Shown here: positions 46,301 through 57,637 of the stretch, piece after piece
How the letters are laid out: the number at the start of each line of letters is the position of its first letter
Position numbering within the stretch: position 1 is the first letter of the stretch
Source of the DNA: an uncultured Gemmataceae bacterium
GTDB lineage: Bacteria > Planctomycetota > Planctomycetia > Gemmatales > Gemmataceae
Direction of reading: 5' to 3'
Assembly (NCBI GenBank): GCA_963750165.1
Contig: CAVVPN010000003.1
Location: 2,784,001 to 2,848,000, forward strand
Length of the DNA: 64,000 nt
The notes under the pieces: model-generated
What the model was told of the DNA's origin: nothing
Databases searched by the model: none
The model's input: the letters and a program-made list of their open reading frames with translations, nothing else
Position numbers and translations under genes: made by a program

Positions 46301-47703
46301 AGAAGTTGATCGACGAGAAGGGCGGCAGCCCGCAGCAACTGGCCGAGGCGCGCCGCCTGCTGGCGCTGGTCCTGGCCTCCGGCGCGGGGCACGAGCAGCG
46401 GCAGAAGGCGCTGGAGTTGCTCGGCGTGCTTGGCGACGGGCCGGAGACGGCCGGCGCCGACCTGAATCCGGCGGACCTGCGGGCCAGGGTTCTGGTGCTG
46501 GCCAAGGCGCAGAACCCGCGGCAACGGCGGCAGGCGGTCGCCCTGCTGGAAAACCTGCAGCGGTCGGAGCCGCTGACGCCGGACGAGCAGTTCCTGCTCG
46601 CCCAGCTGTACGACACGGTCGGCCAGGGCGACAAGGCGCAGCAGGAACTGCTCGGGCTGCTGACCCGGATGGGCGAGAAGCTGGACAAGAGCCCGCGCCG
46701 TCAGGAGGCCCTGGAGAAACAGTTCGCCCACTACCTGAACTACGCCGCCAACAAAATGCTGCAGCGCGGCGCCGTCGAGCAGGCCCAGGCGTGGCTCGAC
46801 CGGCTCGAGAAACTGGAGCCGAAGACCTTCCGCACACTTGCCCTCCGCGCCCGCCTGCTGGACAAGCAGGGCCAGGCCGCGGAGGTGGTGCCGGCGCTCG
46901 TCGCCCTGGCTCAGAAGGACGACGCCCAGATTCTGCCCGTCGCTGGCGTGCTCGAGTCGGTCGGCGCCCTCAACGAGGCCGAACGGCTGTACACCCGCTA
47001 CGGCGAGCGCACCAAGAAGGCGGAAGCCGTGCTGCTGCGGGCCGGCTTCCTTGGCCGCCAGAAGCGCATGCGCGAGGCGCTGGCCCTGTGCGAGCAGGCG
47101 TGGAAGACCTGCCGGCCGGAAGATGTCGCGTCTACCCTTGTGCTGATCCTGTATCAGAACCGGAAGGAGACGGAGCACCTGGCCGGAGCGGCGGAGCGGC
47201 TGGCGAAGGTCGTCGCCGCCAACCCGGACAAGACCTGGCTGGCCCAGCAACTGGCGGCGGTGTACCGGTTGCAGGAGAACTACGACGGCATGATCGCGCT
47301 GTATCGGGACATCCTCCGGCGCGACCCCAAGGACACGGTGACACTGAACAATCTCGCCTGGCTGCTGGCGCTGAGCAAGCACGACGGCGCCGAGGCGCTG
47401 CAGATGATCGACCGGGCCATCGAACTGGACGGCCCCCAGGCCGCGCTGCTCGATACCCGCGCCGTGGCGCTGCTGGCCAAGGGGGACGCTGCGCGGGCCG
47501 TGAAGGACCTGGAAGAGGCCATCACCGAAACGCCCACCGCACTGCGCTACTTCCACCTGGCCCAGGTACACGACCGGGCCAAGAATCGGAAAGCGGCCGC
47601 CGACGCCTGGCGGCGCGGGAAAAATCTGGGCCTGACCGAGGACACGGTGGATGTGCTGGAGCGGCCGACCTTCCAGCGCCTGCGAGCCGAACTGGATCGT
47701 TAA
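43370..47703 (+). CDS. Large membrane-anchored TPR protein 1 (~1440 aa; PrsT-like position; frameshift near 45370)
   Basis: N-terminal TM then HGFQVRRNA, TPRs throughout, C-terminal LNNLAWLLA..LLDTRAV. One missing G joins WREL|ARKHPND. Confidence 0.85.
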
Positions 47704-47904
47704 CCGAAGAGCCGCCCGATCGTCGTTGCGGTTGTCGCGAATGACCCCGTACTCCGTGCGCGCGGCAAATTGTGGTCTGCACCGGGAACGTGAAGAGAAG
47801 AGGCTGTGCGGTGAGTCGTCTGGGCTCCTCAGGCGCGGAGATCCTGTGGAGTGGGCTGGTAACAATGGGTTCGCCCCCAATCATTTTTATTGAACAGGAC
47901 TGTC

Positions 47905-48867
47905 ATGGCCGTCTGCCTGGTAACGGGAGGTGCAGGGTTCATCGGCTCTCACCTGGTGGAAGCGCTGCTCGACCGTGGACACCTGGTCCGTGTGCTGGAT
48001 AACTTCAGCACGGGTTGCCTGGAGAACCTGAGCACCGTGGAGGATCACATCGAGTTGATCCGCGGCTCGGTGGCGGACTTCGACGTGGTGCGCGAGGCGA
48101 CCGCGGACGCGGAGTACGTGTTCCACCTGGCGGCGCCGACACCGGGCGTGCTGAGCCTGGCGGACCTGGTGGGCACCCACCACTCCGGGGCGACCGGGAC
48201 CCTGCATGTGCTGATCGCCGCCCGCGAGGCCAACGTCCGCCGCGTCGTGTACGCCTCCAGTTCGCACGTCTACGGCCAGGCCATTGGGCTGCCGCGCCGC
48301 GAGGATGAGCCGACGCAACCGTTGAGCCCTTACGGCGTGGCCAAGCTCACGGGCGAGCAGCAGTGCCTGGGCTTCAACCGGTTGTACGGTCTGGAGACGG
48401 TGCGGCTGCGCTACTTCAACGTGTTCGGACCGCGGCAGTCGGCGGGCAGCCCATACGCGGGGTCGCTGCGGCAGGTGCTGCGGCAAATGCTCACGGGCTG
48501 CCGGCCCGTGGTGCCCGTCGGCGTCAACTGCCGCCAGGACCTGATCGCCGTGGACGACGCCGTGTACGCCACCCTGCTGGCTGTCTCCACGCCGCGCGCC
48601 GCGGGCAAGGTATACAATATCGCCAGCGGTCGCCCCACGACGCCGCTGGAGTTGGTTGCTGCTCTGAACGACATCCTGGGGATCCACCTGGCGCCGGTGG
48701 AAACCTTTTTCGGGCCGCCCGAGGATGTTTGCCATCTGGCAAATCCCCACAAGGCCGAAGTTGAGCTAGGCTTTTGCGCCGGCACCAGTTTGGAGAAGGG
48801 CCTCCGCGAGTGCGTCGAGTATTACGCGCTGCGGCACGAAGGGGCGGCCCCCACGCTGACTGGGTGA
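47905..48867 (+). CDS. NAD-dependent epimerase/dehydratase (extended SDR)
   Basis: LVTGGAGFIGSHL, LDNFSTG, YASSS, SPYGVAK (YxxxK), LRYFNVFGPRQ. Confidence 0.9.
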   Translation: MAVCLVTGGAGFIGSHLVEALLDRGHLVRVLDNFSTGCLENLSTVEDHIELIRGSVADFDVVREATADAEYVFHLAAPTPGVLSLADLVGTHHSGATGTLHVLIAAREANVRRVVYASSSHVYGQAIGLPRREDEPTQPLSPYGVAKLTGEQQCLGFNRLYGLETVRLRYFNVFGPRQSAGSPYAGSLRQVLRQMLTGCRPVVPVGVNCRQDLIAVDDAVYATLLAVSTPRAAGKVYNIASGRPTTPLELVAALNDILGIHLAPVETFFGPPEDVCHLANPHKAEVELGFCAGTSLEKGLRECVEYYALRHEGAAPTLTG

Positions 48868-48886
48868 TCCCGAAGCCACCTCCGCC

Positions 48887-48938
48887 GAACACCCTGGCGA
48901 GCGGGGTCGCGTCAGCGCCCCCGCTCGCCAGGGTGTTC
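48887..48938. repeat. REP/MITE-like family 2, collapsed copy
   Basis: 20-bp perfect arms gaacaccctggcgagcgggg; shares the ggcgagcggggtcgcgtcagcgcccc core with 10681-10775. Confidence 0.78.
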
Positions 48939-49051
48939 TCCAGAGCAGAAGTGCCATGATTTTTCCTAACGTCCCTCGCTGGCGCTTTGGGCTCAGAGTT
49001 CAAGAGTAATCGGCCGCTCGTCGGCGGCAGCTTCGTCCTGTGAGGAACCTC

Positions 49052-50077
49052 ATGTTTGGCCCTCTCCACATTTGGGATTGGCTCCGCGATCTGGGCAGGC
49101 GGGCGGCGGCGCTGCCCCTGGCGGTGCGCCTGGGCGGCCTCGTGCTGCTGGCGCTGCTGTGGGCGTACCTGCCGACGGCGGAGGAACTGCTGCGGCGCTG
49201 GGGCGAGTCGCAGTATTCGCACGGCTACCTGGTGCCCGTGTTCGCGCTGTACCTGCTGTGGGCGCGGCGAGCGCTGATCGCCGGCGGGCCGGGACAGCCC
49301 AGCGCCTGGGGGCTGGCGTTCCTGGTCGCGGGGCTGGCGTTGCACGGCTTCGGCACCTTCATCTTCCTCGACTGGCTGACCGCTGCGGCCATCATCCCCT
49401 GCCTGGCCGGGCTGGCACTGCTGACCGGCGGCTGGCGCGCCCTGCACTGGACGTGGCCGGCGCTGTGCTTCCTGGTGTTCATGATCCCGCTGCCCTACAA
49501 GCTGGAAATCGCCCTGGCGCATCCGCTGCAGCGCGTCGCCACCCTGGCGAGCACCTTCGTGCTGCAAACGCTCGGCTTCATCGCCTTCTCGCAGGGCAAC
49601 CTCATCCGCCTGGGCGACGTGTACCTCAACATCATCGAGGCCTGCAGCGGTCTGAAAATGCTCCTCACCTTCTTCGCCCTGTCCACCGCGGTGGTGCTGG
49701 TGACCCAGCGGCCGCCGCTGGAGAAAATCCTCCTGTTCCTGAGCGCCGTGCCCATTGCCCTGATCGTCAACATCCTCCGCATCGTGGCGACGGCCATCCT
49801 GCACAAGACGACCACCCGGGAACTGGCCGAGCACGTCTTTCATGACGTGGCCGGCTACCTGATGCCGCTGGTCGCCCTGCTGCTGTTGTGGGCGGAGGTG
49901 CGCCTCCTGGACTGGGTGCTCGTCCCTGGAAGCAAGCGCCACGTCGAGGAACCCGCTGCGGAACTCGGCTTCAACGCCTGGGGGCTGCCGATGGCGCCAA
50001 CGCCGGCGGCGCCACCGGCGGCGCCGGCCGCGCCCGCTATCACGGCGCCGAACAATGCCGCGTCGAGTCCGACCTGA
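49052..50077 (+). CDS. Exosortase (EpsH/Xrt family)
   Basis: Multi-TM protein with YSHGYLVP, FMIPLP, IIEACSGLK (catalytic Cys), VNILRI (Arg) and FHDVAG (His). Confidence 0.93.
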   Translation: MFGPLHIWDWLRDLGRRAAALPLAVRLGGLVLLALLWAYLPTAEELLRRWGESQYSHGYLVPVFALYLLWARRALIAGGPGQPSAWGLAFLVAGLALHGFGTFIFLDWLTAAAIIPCLAGLALLTGGWRALHWTWPALCFLVFMIPLPYKLEIALAHPLQRVATLASTFVLQTLGFIAFSQGNLIRLGDVYLNIIEACSGLKMLLTFFALSTAVVLVTQRPPLEKILLFLSAVPIALIVNILRIVATAILHKTTTRELAEHVFHDVAGYLMPLVALLLLWAEVRLLDWVLVPGSKRHVEEPAAELGFNAWGLPMAPTPAAPPAAPAAPAITAPNNAASSPT

Positions 50078-50129
50078 CCATGCCCGCGCCGTCCGGCGCC
50101 GGGGTTCTTCTTTTTCGCAGGCGAACGTC

Positions 50130-50780
50130 ATGAAAAGTATCGTGTGGGTGCTGGGGGCCCTCGTTCTGGTGGTGGGCTACGGGGTGGCCGAGGGACTGTG
50201 GACCGACCGCTGGGGTCTGTCCGGCGAGCTGGAGCAGGCGAGCGCCCGGGTCAGCCGGGTGCCGCGGACGTTTGGGGACTGGGAGGGCCGCGACTTTGAA
50301 CTCGACCCCGACCAGATCCGGCAGGCGCAAATCATCAGCTACGTCCAGCGCCGCTACGTCCACCGCCAGAAGGGGACCGAGATCACGGTGCTGCTGGTCT
50401 GCGGCCGTCCCGGTCCCACGGCGCTGCACAGCCCCAACATCTGCTACGAGGGGGCGGGCTACACCCCGGCGTTCGAGCAGGAGCGCAAAGCATTCACCAT
50501 CGCGGGCCTGGCCGCGCCAGCCGCGTTCCACATGGTCCAGTATCAGAAGTCCGGGCCGGCGCCCGAGCCGCTGCTCATCTACTGGTCCTGGAACGCCACC
50601 GGGGACTGGCAGGTGCCCGACAACCCGCGCTTCCATTTCGGGCGCCACCGGGCCCTGTACAAGCTCTACGTCATTCGGCAGCTGACCAAGGTGGACGAGT
50701 CGTTGCAGGATGACCCGTCGCCGGAGTTCATCGGCCAGTTCCTGCCGGAAGTGCACAAGGCGCTGTTTCAAAAAGATTAA
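50130..50780 (+). CDS. Exosortase-associated EpsI-like protein
   Basis: Follows the exosortase. N-terminal TM, GLWTDRWG, VPRTFGDWEGRD, LLVCGRPG..LHSPNICYEGAGY, LYKLYVIR. Confidence 0.82.
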   Translation: MKSIVWVLGALVLVVGYGVAEGLWTDRWGLSGELEQASARVSRVPRTFGDWEGRDFELDPDQIRQAQIISYVQRRYVHRQKGTEITVLLVCGRPGPTALHSPNICYEGAGYTPAFEQERKAFTIAGLAAPAAFHMVQYQKSGPAPEPLLIYWSWNATGDWQVPDNPRFHFGRHRALYKLYVIRQLTKVDESLQDDPSPEFIGQFLPEVHKALFQKD

Positions 50781-50828
50781 CGGTTGGGGCCCGAGGGCGG
50801 GCTCAACCCTGGTAAGCGAGTGGCAGCC

Positions 50829-53800
50829 ATGAAGCAATTGTGGGCAGCCCTGACGGGCAACCGGCGGGTGAACGTCAAGGCCTTTTTGATCCTGATCGTG
50901 ACCGCGGTCGTGCTGGGCGGCACGGTCTACTTCGTCCACGGCTGGCAAGTGCGGCGGAACGCCCACGTGCTGCTGGAGGAGGCCGACCGGGCGGAGCACG
51001 AGGGCCAGTCGGAAGCGGCCCTTGAGCACCTGGAAAACTACCTGGGACTGGAGCCGCACGACACGGACGCCCGGGCGAAGTACGGTCTGCTGTTGGCCAA
51101 GTTGGCCAAGACCCGCCACGAAGTGGAGCGGGCGTTCCTGACGCTCGAAGACGTGGTGCGCCGCGACGGCAAGCGCCAGGACGCGCGCCACGAAGCCGCC
51201 CGGCTTGGCCTCCGTCTCGGCCGCTTCGCCGAGGCCAAGGCCCACCTGGAGAAGCTGCTGACGGCAACGCCCGACGACCTGGACCTGCTGCACGAACTCG
51301 GCCGCGCCGAGGCCGGGCTGCACAACTACAAGACGGCCGCGGAGCTTTACGGCAAGGTGATGAAGCTGGCCCCCAAACGAACCGACTTCGCCCTGGAATA
51401 CGCCGGGCTGCTGCGGGTGGGCCAGAAAATCCCGGAGCTGGGGGACCAGATCATCGAGGACATGGTGCTGCGCGACCCGCGCGCGCAGGAGACGCGCCTC
51501 AAGGCGGCGGCGTATTTCCGGCAGTTCGGGCAGCCGAACGCGGCCTGGGTCCACCTCCGCTTCGCCCTGACCGAACTGGGCACGCCGACGGCGGACCTGC
51601 TGGCGCTGGCCGGCGAAGTGGCGCTGTTGCGCGGCGATGCCAAGGAGGCCGGCAAGCACTTCGAGGAGGGCCGCCGGCGCTTTCCGAAAGACGCCCGCAT
51701 GGGCCAGGGGCTGGCCCGGCTGGCGCTGGCCGGCGGCGACCGGCAGAAGGCCCTGTCGCACCTGGATCTGCGCTCCCTGCCCGAAGACCCCGATGAGCAG
51801 TGGGCGCTGGCCAACCTCCTGCTCGATGCCGGGGCGCTGGCCGAGGTGCGCGAGCTGAGCCGGCGGTTGGAAAAGGCTGGCCGCCGCTCCCTGGTGGACC
51901 TGCTGGAGACGCGGCTGCTGATGAAGGAGGAGCGCTGGGGAGACGCCAGCAAACAGCTGGAGAAACTGCGCGGCACCCGGCTGGCCCCGGGGCTCGCCAA
52001 GCAGGTGCCGCTGTTGCAGGCCGAATGCTATGAGCGCCTGGCCAATCCGGATCAGCGGCTGGCGGCCCTGAGCCGCGCCCTGGAGCTGGACCCCTTCTGG
52101 CCGGCGGCCCGCCGCGCCCACGCGGTGGCGCTGGCCGCGGTCGGCCAGTTCGACCGGGCGCTGACCGAGTATCGCAAGCTGGCGGACCAGTTCCCCGAGG
52201 TGCGCGGCGAACTGGCCCGGCTGCTGCTGGCCCGCACCATACGGTTGCCGCGCGAGCAGCGCGACTGGTCGGAGGTCGAAAAGCTGGTGAACCAGGTAAA
52301 CGCCGGGGAGAAAGCCACACTGGCCGCGCGGCTGCTGCGGATCGACTTCCTGGCCGCCCGGGAGCAGTGGGACGAGGCCCAGAAGCTCACCGAGGCGATG
52401 CGCGACGAGGATCCCAGGCAGACCCGTCCCTGGCTGCTGCTGATCGGCCTGGCCGAACGCCGCAAGCAGACCGAGGCCATCCCGAAGCTGGTGGACGAGG
52501 CCGAGCGCCAGGCCGGCAAGAACATCTACTGGACGCTGGCGCGCGCCAGCCACGCCCTGCTACTGGGCCGCGACCGGGCCAAAGAGTTGTTGCCGAAACT
52601 GCTGCCGGCCGTGGAGCAGTTCCAGGGGCCGGAGCGGGTGAACCTGCTGGCGGGGTTGGCCCGAGGCTTTGCCGCCGCCGGAGACGCCGCGCAGGCCGAC
52701 CGCCTCTGGTTCCAGGTCGCCGAGCTGGAGCCCGATAACCTGGCCGTGCGCTTCGTGCTGCTCGAAGCGGCCCTGCGCGACGGCCGGACGGACGCGGTGC
52801 GGCGGCTGGTCAAGCAACTGCGGCGGATCGAAGGCGGCGATGGGGCGTTGACGGCTTACGGCGAAGCGGTGCTGCGGTTGCGGCTCGCCGTGGACGGCGA
52901 CCGCAAGGCGTTGGCGGAGGCCCGGCCCTGGCTGGCGAAGGCGGCGGCGCTGCGGCCGTCGTGGCGCAGGTGCTCTTGGCCGAGGCGACCGCCTTCGACA
53001 TGGAGGGCAAGAAGGACCGGGCGCTGGAGAAGTACAAGGCGGCGCTGGAGCGCGGCACGGTCAACCTGCGGGCATGGCAACGGTGCCTGCGGTTGATGGC
53101 CGAAAAGGGCCAGTACGCCGAGGCCTCCGCGCTGCTGCGCAAACAGCCGGAGCGGTTCCGGGAGACGCCAGAACTGGGCCGACTGGACGCTCAGCTGACG
53201 CTGTTGAACGCCGACGCGGCCGGCCAGACCCCGGAGGCCGCCCGCCGCGAAGCGCTGGTGCTGGCGCAAGGCCGTGACCGCCGACTCCAGGGAGGCGCGC
53301 GATTTCCTGTGGCTGGGCCAGGTGGCCGCCCTGGCGGGCGAGAAACAGGAGGCGGAGAAGGCGTTCCGCCGGGCGTGCGAGTTGAACGACCAGGCGCCGG
53401 AAAACTGGGCGCTGCTGGTGTTGTACCTGGTCGGCACCGACCGCAAGGCCGCCGAGGCGGAGCTGGAGCGGGCCAGGACGAAGCTGCCCGCCGACAAGGC
53501 GGCGCTGGCCCTGGCCCCCTGCCTGGAGGCGCTGGGTAAAACGGACAAGGCCGAGGAGCAATATCTCAAGCTCCTCAATGCCCAGCCGGAGGATCCAGGC
53601 CGGATGCAGACCACGGCCGCCTTCTATGCCCGCACCGGGCAGCCGGCCAAGGCGGAGCCGCTGCTGCGCCAGGTGCTGGCGCCGGGCACCCGGGCCTCGC
53701 CGGCCGCAGTCGTGGTGGCGCGGCGTGCCCTGGCCCTGGTCCTGGCGCTGCAGGGCGGCTACCCACGGCTGCTTGAAGCCCAGAACCTCGTGAAGCAGAA

Positions 53801-55051
53801 CATCAAGGCGAACGGCGAGACCCCGGCGGATCGACAGATCATCGCCCTGGTGCTGGCAACGCACCCGGCCCACCGCAAGGAGGCCATCCGCCAGGTGGAG
53901 GGGCTGGCCCCGGCGGGGGCGACGCTGCCGGCCGAGGCCCGCTACCTGCTGGCGCAGTTGCACGAGGCCGACGGCAACTGGAGCAAGGCCGAGGCCTACC
54001 TGCGCGAGCTGCTGGAGATGGACGAGCGGAACGCGCAATATCTGACGCGGCTGGTCACCGGTCTGCTGCGCGACGACCAGGCGAAGGAGGCGGAGAAGTG
54101 GCTGCAGAAGTTGGCCGAGGTCGCTCCGGACAAACTGGAGACGACCGCTCTGCGGTTCATGACGCTTCGCGCCCTGAAGAAAACCAAGGAGGCGACCACC
54201 CTGGTCCGGAACTACGCCCGGGGGAAGGACGCCCGGCTGGACCTGGTGGGGCGCTGGTTCGAGCTGCTGGACCTGCAGGCGGAGGCTGAAAAGGCTTTGC
54301 GGGACTTCGTGCTTGCCTCGAAGAGCCCGGACACCGTGCTGCTGCTCACCCAGTATCTGGCGCGGCAGAAGCGGCTCGACGAGGCGCTGCAACTGTGCGA
54401 CGGGGCCTGGAAGACCTGCGCGCCCGAGGCAGTGGCGGCGGCCAGCGTGACGGCACTGCGGGTTGGCAAGGGGGCGCCGCCCAGCAGCAGCGTGTGGAGC
54501 GCGCGATCCTCAAGGCGATCCAGGACCACCCCAGGTCGAACCTGCTGGTGACCTTCCTGGCGGAAGTGCAGGATCTGCGCGGCAAGCACGCGGAGGCCAT
54601 CGACGTTTACCTTCGGCTGCTCAAGCAGAGCAACGACAACCCGGTGGTGTTGAACAACCTGGCCTTCCTGCTGGCCATCACCGACCGCGACCCGGCGGAA
54701 GCGCTACGGCTGGTGAACCTAGCGATCGACAAGGCGGGACCGCTGGCGGACCTGCTCGACACGCGGGCGGTGGTGTATTTGAAGCGCAAGCAGGGCGAAC
54801 CGGCCGTGCAGGACATGCAGCAGGCCGTCGCCCAGCGCGAGTCGGCCCCCTTCTACGTCCACCTGGCCCAGGCTCGCGCCCTGAAGGGGGACCGGGCTGG
54901 GGCGGCGCAGGCGCTGCAGAAGGCGTTTGCCGAGCGGTTCCACCTGAGCGAGCTGCACGCGCTGGAACAGCCGGAACTGCGGCAGCTGGCGGCGACGCTC
55001 GGGCTGGAGAAGGAGCTGCGCGACACGCTTGACGGCAAGGCGCGGCCGTAG
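50829..55051 (+). CDS. Large membrane-anchored TPR protein 2 (~1400 aa; frameshifts near 52963, 53268 and 54476)
   Basis: Paralog of TPR 1: RRVNVK-TM-HGWQVRRNA and C-terminal LNNLAFLLA..LLDTRAVVY. Four ORF-track fragments join through short indels. Confidence 0.82.
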
Positions 55052-55071
55052 TGGTCTGCCCCACGTCTGTG

Positions 55072-55123
55072 CTGAGCCCGACGTGCCAGCGAGGAATGTC
55101 CCGCGCTGGCACGTCGGGCTCAG
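55072..55123. repeat. REP-like palindrome family 3 between convergent genes
   Basis: 20-bp perfect arms ctgagcccgacgtgccagcg. Related copies at 58748-58802 and a half copy near 48973-48995. Confidence 0.75.
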
Positions 55124-55140
55124 TGTGTTTCCGCCAGCGC

Positions 55141-56108
55141 TCAATTCCAGTCAGGCCCCAGGGGGATGCCGTCCTGCGGGTCGCACGCCTGCGCCCAGGT
55201 GGTGGCGCTGATGCCGGCCGTGAGGAAGCGTACGCTGCCGTCGCCCAGGCAGACGTTGATGCCGCCGCTGTGCCCGGACTCGGCCCTGCTGAAATCGCAG
55301 CCGTTGATCCAGTCGGGCCGAACCTCGAACAGGGCACACGGAGGGGAGTATCCCGACCCGACGGGCATCTGGACGATGTTCAGACAGAACACCGGCCGGC
55401 AGATGGTGTCGGAACTCGACCACAGGTTGGTGCCCGTGGTGATGTTGTTCGGGTTGCCGGTCGAGCCGCAGGTGCCGTAGCGCTCGGTGAACACAATGAC
55501 ATTGGAGGTGCCGTCGCGGAAGATGCTCTGGATCGTCCCGGAGCCCTGCTCGCGCCGGTTCATGTCAGCCGGGAAGGGGCCGACCCAGCCGGGGTTGCCG
55601 AACACGAAATAGTTCGCTGCGTAATTGCCGATGGCCCGGGTTTGGGAGTTGGTGGAGGTGTTCACGCCCAGGTGGGTGCTGCCCGAAGGGCTGGGATCCA
55701 TCGGGCACAGGTAGGCCGGCACGACCGCAGACATAACCGGGGTGCCGTTCACGACTGTGTTCACGTTGCCGTTGGCCGCCTGGTACAAGGTCTCCTGCTC
55801 GACGTAGGGCAACAGCCAATCGAAGACCGTGAAACCGATGGCCCCGTTGTACGACGGGGCGGCGAAGGTGATGGCGCCGGTGGAACTCGGGCGCACAGCG
55901 GCGGCAGCGCCCTGTTGACGCCGTGGAGGTTGTGCAGGGCGACGCCGAGTTGCTTGAGGTTGTTCTGGCACTGGACGTTAGCGGCGGCTTCGCGGACTTT
56001 TTGCACGGCGGGCAGGAGCAGGCCGATCAGGATCGCGATGATCGCGATGACGACCAGCAGCTCGATCAGCGTGAAGGCAGTTGAGGAGCGGGATGGTGCA
56101 GCGCGCAT
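55141..56108 (-). CDS. DUF1559 prepilin-type protein with H-X9-DG C-terminal motif (frameshift near 55890)
   Basis: [69 protein letters not shown]. One missing C joins LCA|PSSTG. Confidence 0.9.
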
Positions 56109-56614
56109 GGGAGGCCTTTCCTTCGCTGAGGGAGAAGGTCCAATCCGCCGGGCACCAAGGCGGGACGATCCGATTTCCAGGCGGCAGAAAACAAGACTGC
56201 CCTGGAAATTTAAGGGTAAAAATACTCTACAATCGGGAAAAGGTCAAGTGTATGAAGTAAAATTCATCAAAGACATGAAAAAATACCGGAAGTGAGTCCA
56301 GTACCCGCAACCAACAACCCTCACCGTCGAAAGCGCGCCCCCTGATTTTCGCCAATTCCTTGCCTGACGCCAGGGCTTTTTTCGCCCCCCTGGCTCTGCC
56401 CCTCTCGACCGCGTTACCCCTGCCGCGCTTCCTCGTTGTCTGCTTCGACGACCGCGCTGAAAAAAAAAAACTATACTCCAGAAGAGTTCCTCCCGACAGC
56501 GGCGCCCGGCGCGGGGAGGAGGACCGGCGACCTGAACCCTGCGCTATTTTCCGGCTCGCTCGCATCGGCGGAGCGCGGGGGTTGTGCGGCTACGTTGAAC
56601 AGGGATTTCCGGCC

Positions 56615-57631
56615 ATGGCCATGGTTTGTCCAGAGTGTGAACGCACCTATCCCCAGGCGTTGCAGTGCCCCGGTTGCGGCGTCCGCCTGCAGTACCAGGC
56701 CGTGCCGCGCCGCGCCGCCCTGACGGGGGCAGGCCCAGCCCCGGCCGGCCAGTGGCAGCACACGCCCTGGGGCCGCATCCTCGTCGGCCTGCTGCTGACG
56801 CAGGGCCTGGCTTATGGGTTGCAGATGTTGTGTACCGCCGGCCTGCTGGCCACCGATGCGGAGGCCACGCGCACCGTCTGGGCGACGCTGTTCGGCCTGG
56901 TGCTGTTGCAGGCGCTGCAGGGGCTCAGCCTGTGCATCGGCGGCGGACTGACGGGAGCCGGCCAGAGCCGCGGCCTGTTTCTGGGAGCGCTGCTCGGCAT
57001 GGCGCACACGGCGGTGTGGATGGCCGCGCAGCAGCTGCGCGGCGAGCGTCTGACGGAGATCAACCTGTACGCTCAGCCGGTGCTGAATCTGACCTTCGGC
57101 GCCCTGGGCGGCCACATCGGCTCGCTGATCTGGCGGCCGTTGCCGACCGTGACCACGCCGCTGACGGCACCGGCCAAGCCCCGAGAAAGCGCCGCGGCGA
57201 CCCGTTTGCGGTTGCTCGACGGGCCCATCGCCTGGGCGCGCGTGGCTGCCGGCGTCGGCATCGTCCTGGCCGGCGTGCTCTGGCCCAAGGTCATCCTTGA
57301 TTTCGTGGTGAACGCCAGCGCCGGCCAGCTGTCGTTGACCTCGCACCTGCAGGCCCAGCTCATCACCTGGGAGATCACCGGTCTGATCACGTTGTTCGGC
57401 GGTGCCTGGGCGGGCGCGACCACGCGCAACGGCCTCAAGCAGGGCCTGTGCGTTGGCGTGAGCGGCAGCTTCATCCTCACCGTCATTCAGATGTTCAACC
57501 GTCAGGCCGTGCTGGAACAGACGCTGTTCGTCGCCATTTGTACTCTGTGCCTGACGATCGCGGGCTCGTGGTTCGGCGGTCAGCTCTTCCCGCCCATCGC
57601 CCCGACGCGCCGCCGAGCCGCCCTGGATTGA
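56615..57631 (+). CDS. Multi-pass membrane protein with an N-terminal zinc ribbon
   Basis: MAMVCPECE...QCPGCG followed by about 8 hydrophobic segments in two similar halves. Confidence 0.75.
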   Translation: MAMVCPECERTYPQALQCPGCGVRLQYQAVPRRAALTGAGPAPAGQWQHTPWGRILVGLLLTQGLAYGLQMLCTAGLLATDAEATRTVWATLFGLVLLQALQGLSLCIGGGLTGAGQSRGLFLGALLGMAHTAVWMAAQQLRGERLTEINLYAQPVLNLTFGALGGHIGSLIWRPLPTVTTPLTAPAKPRESAAATRLRLLDGPIAWARVAAGVGIVLAGVLWPKVILDFVVNASAGQLSLTSHLQAQLITWEITGLITLFGGAWAGATTRNGLKQGLCVGVSGSFILTVIQMFNRQAVLEQTLFVAICTLCLTIAGSWFGGQLFPPIAPTRRRAALD

Positions 57632-57637
57632 GGCCAG

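Noticed and set aside
55141..56108. DUF1559 gene as part of the exosortase system
   Set aside because: It is on the opposite strand, lacks the shared enhancer module, and belongs to a family that is very abundant in planctomycete genomes, so adjacency alone is weak evidence.
56460..56470. A11 homopolymer as a phase-variation tract
   Set aside because: It lies upstream of the likely start (56615) in an AT-rich divergent promoter region, and nothing in a single sequence shows length variation.
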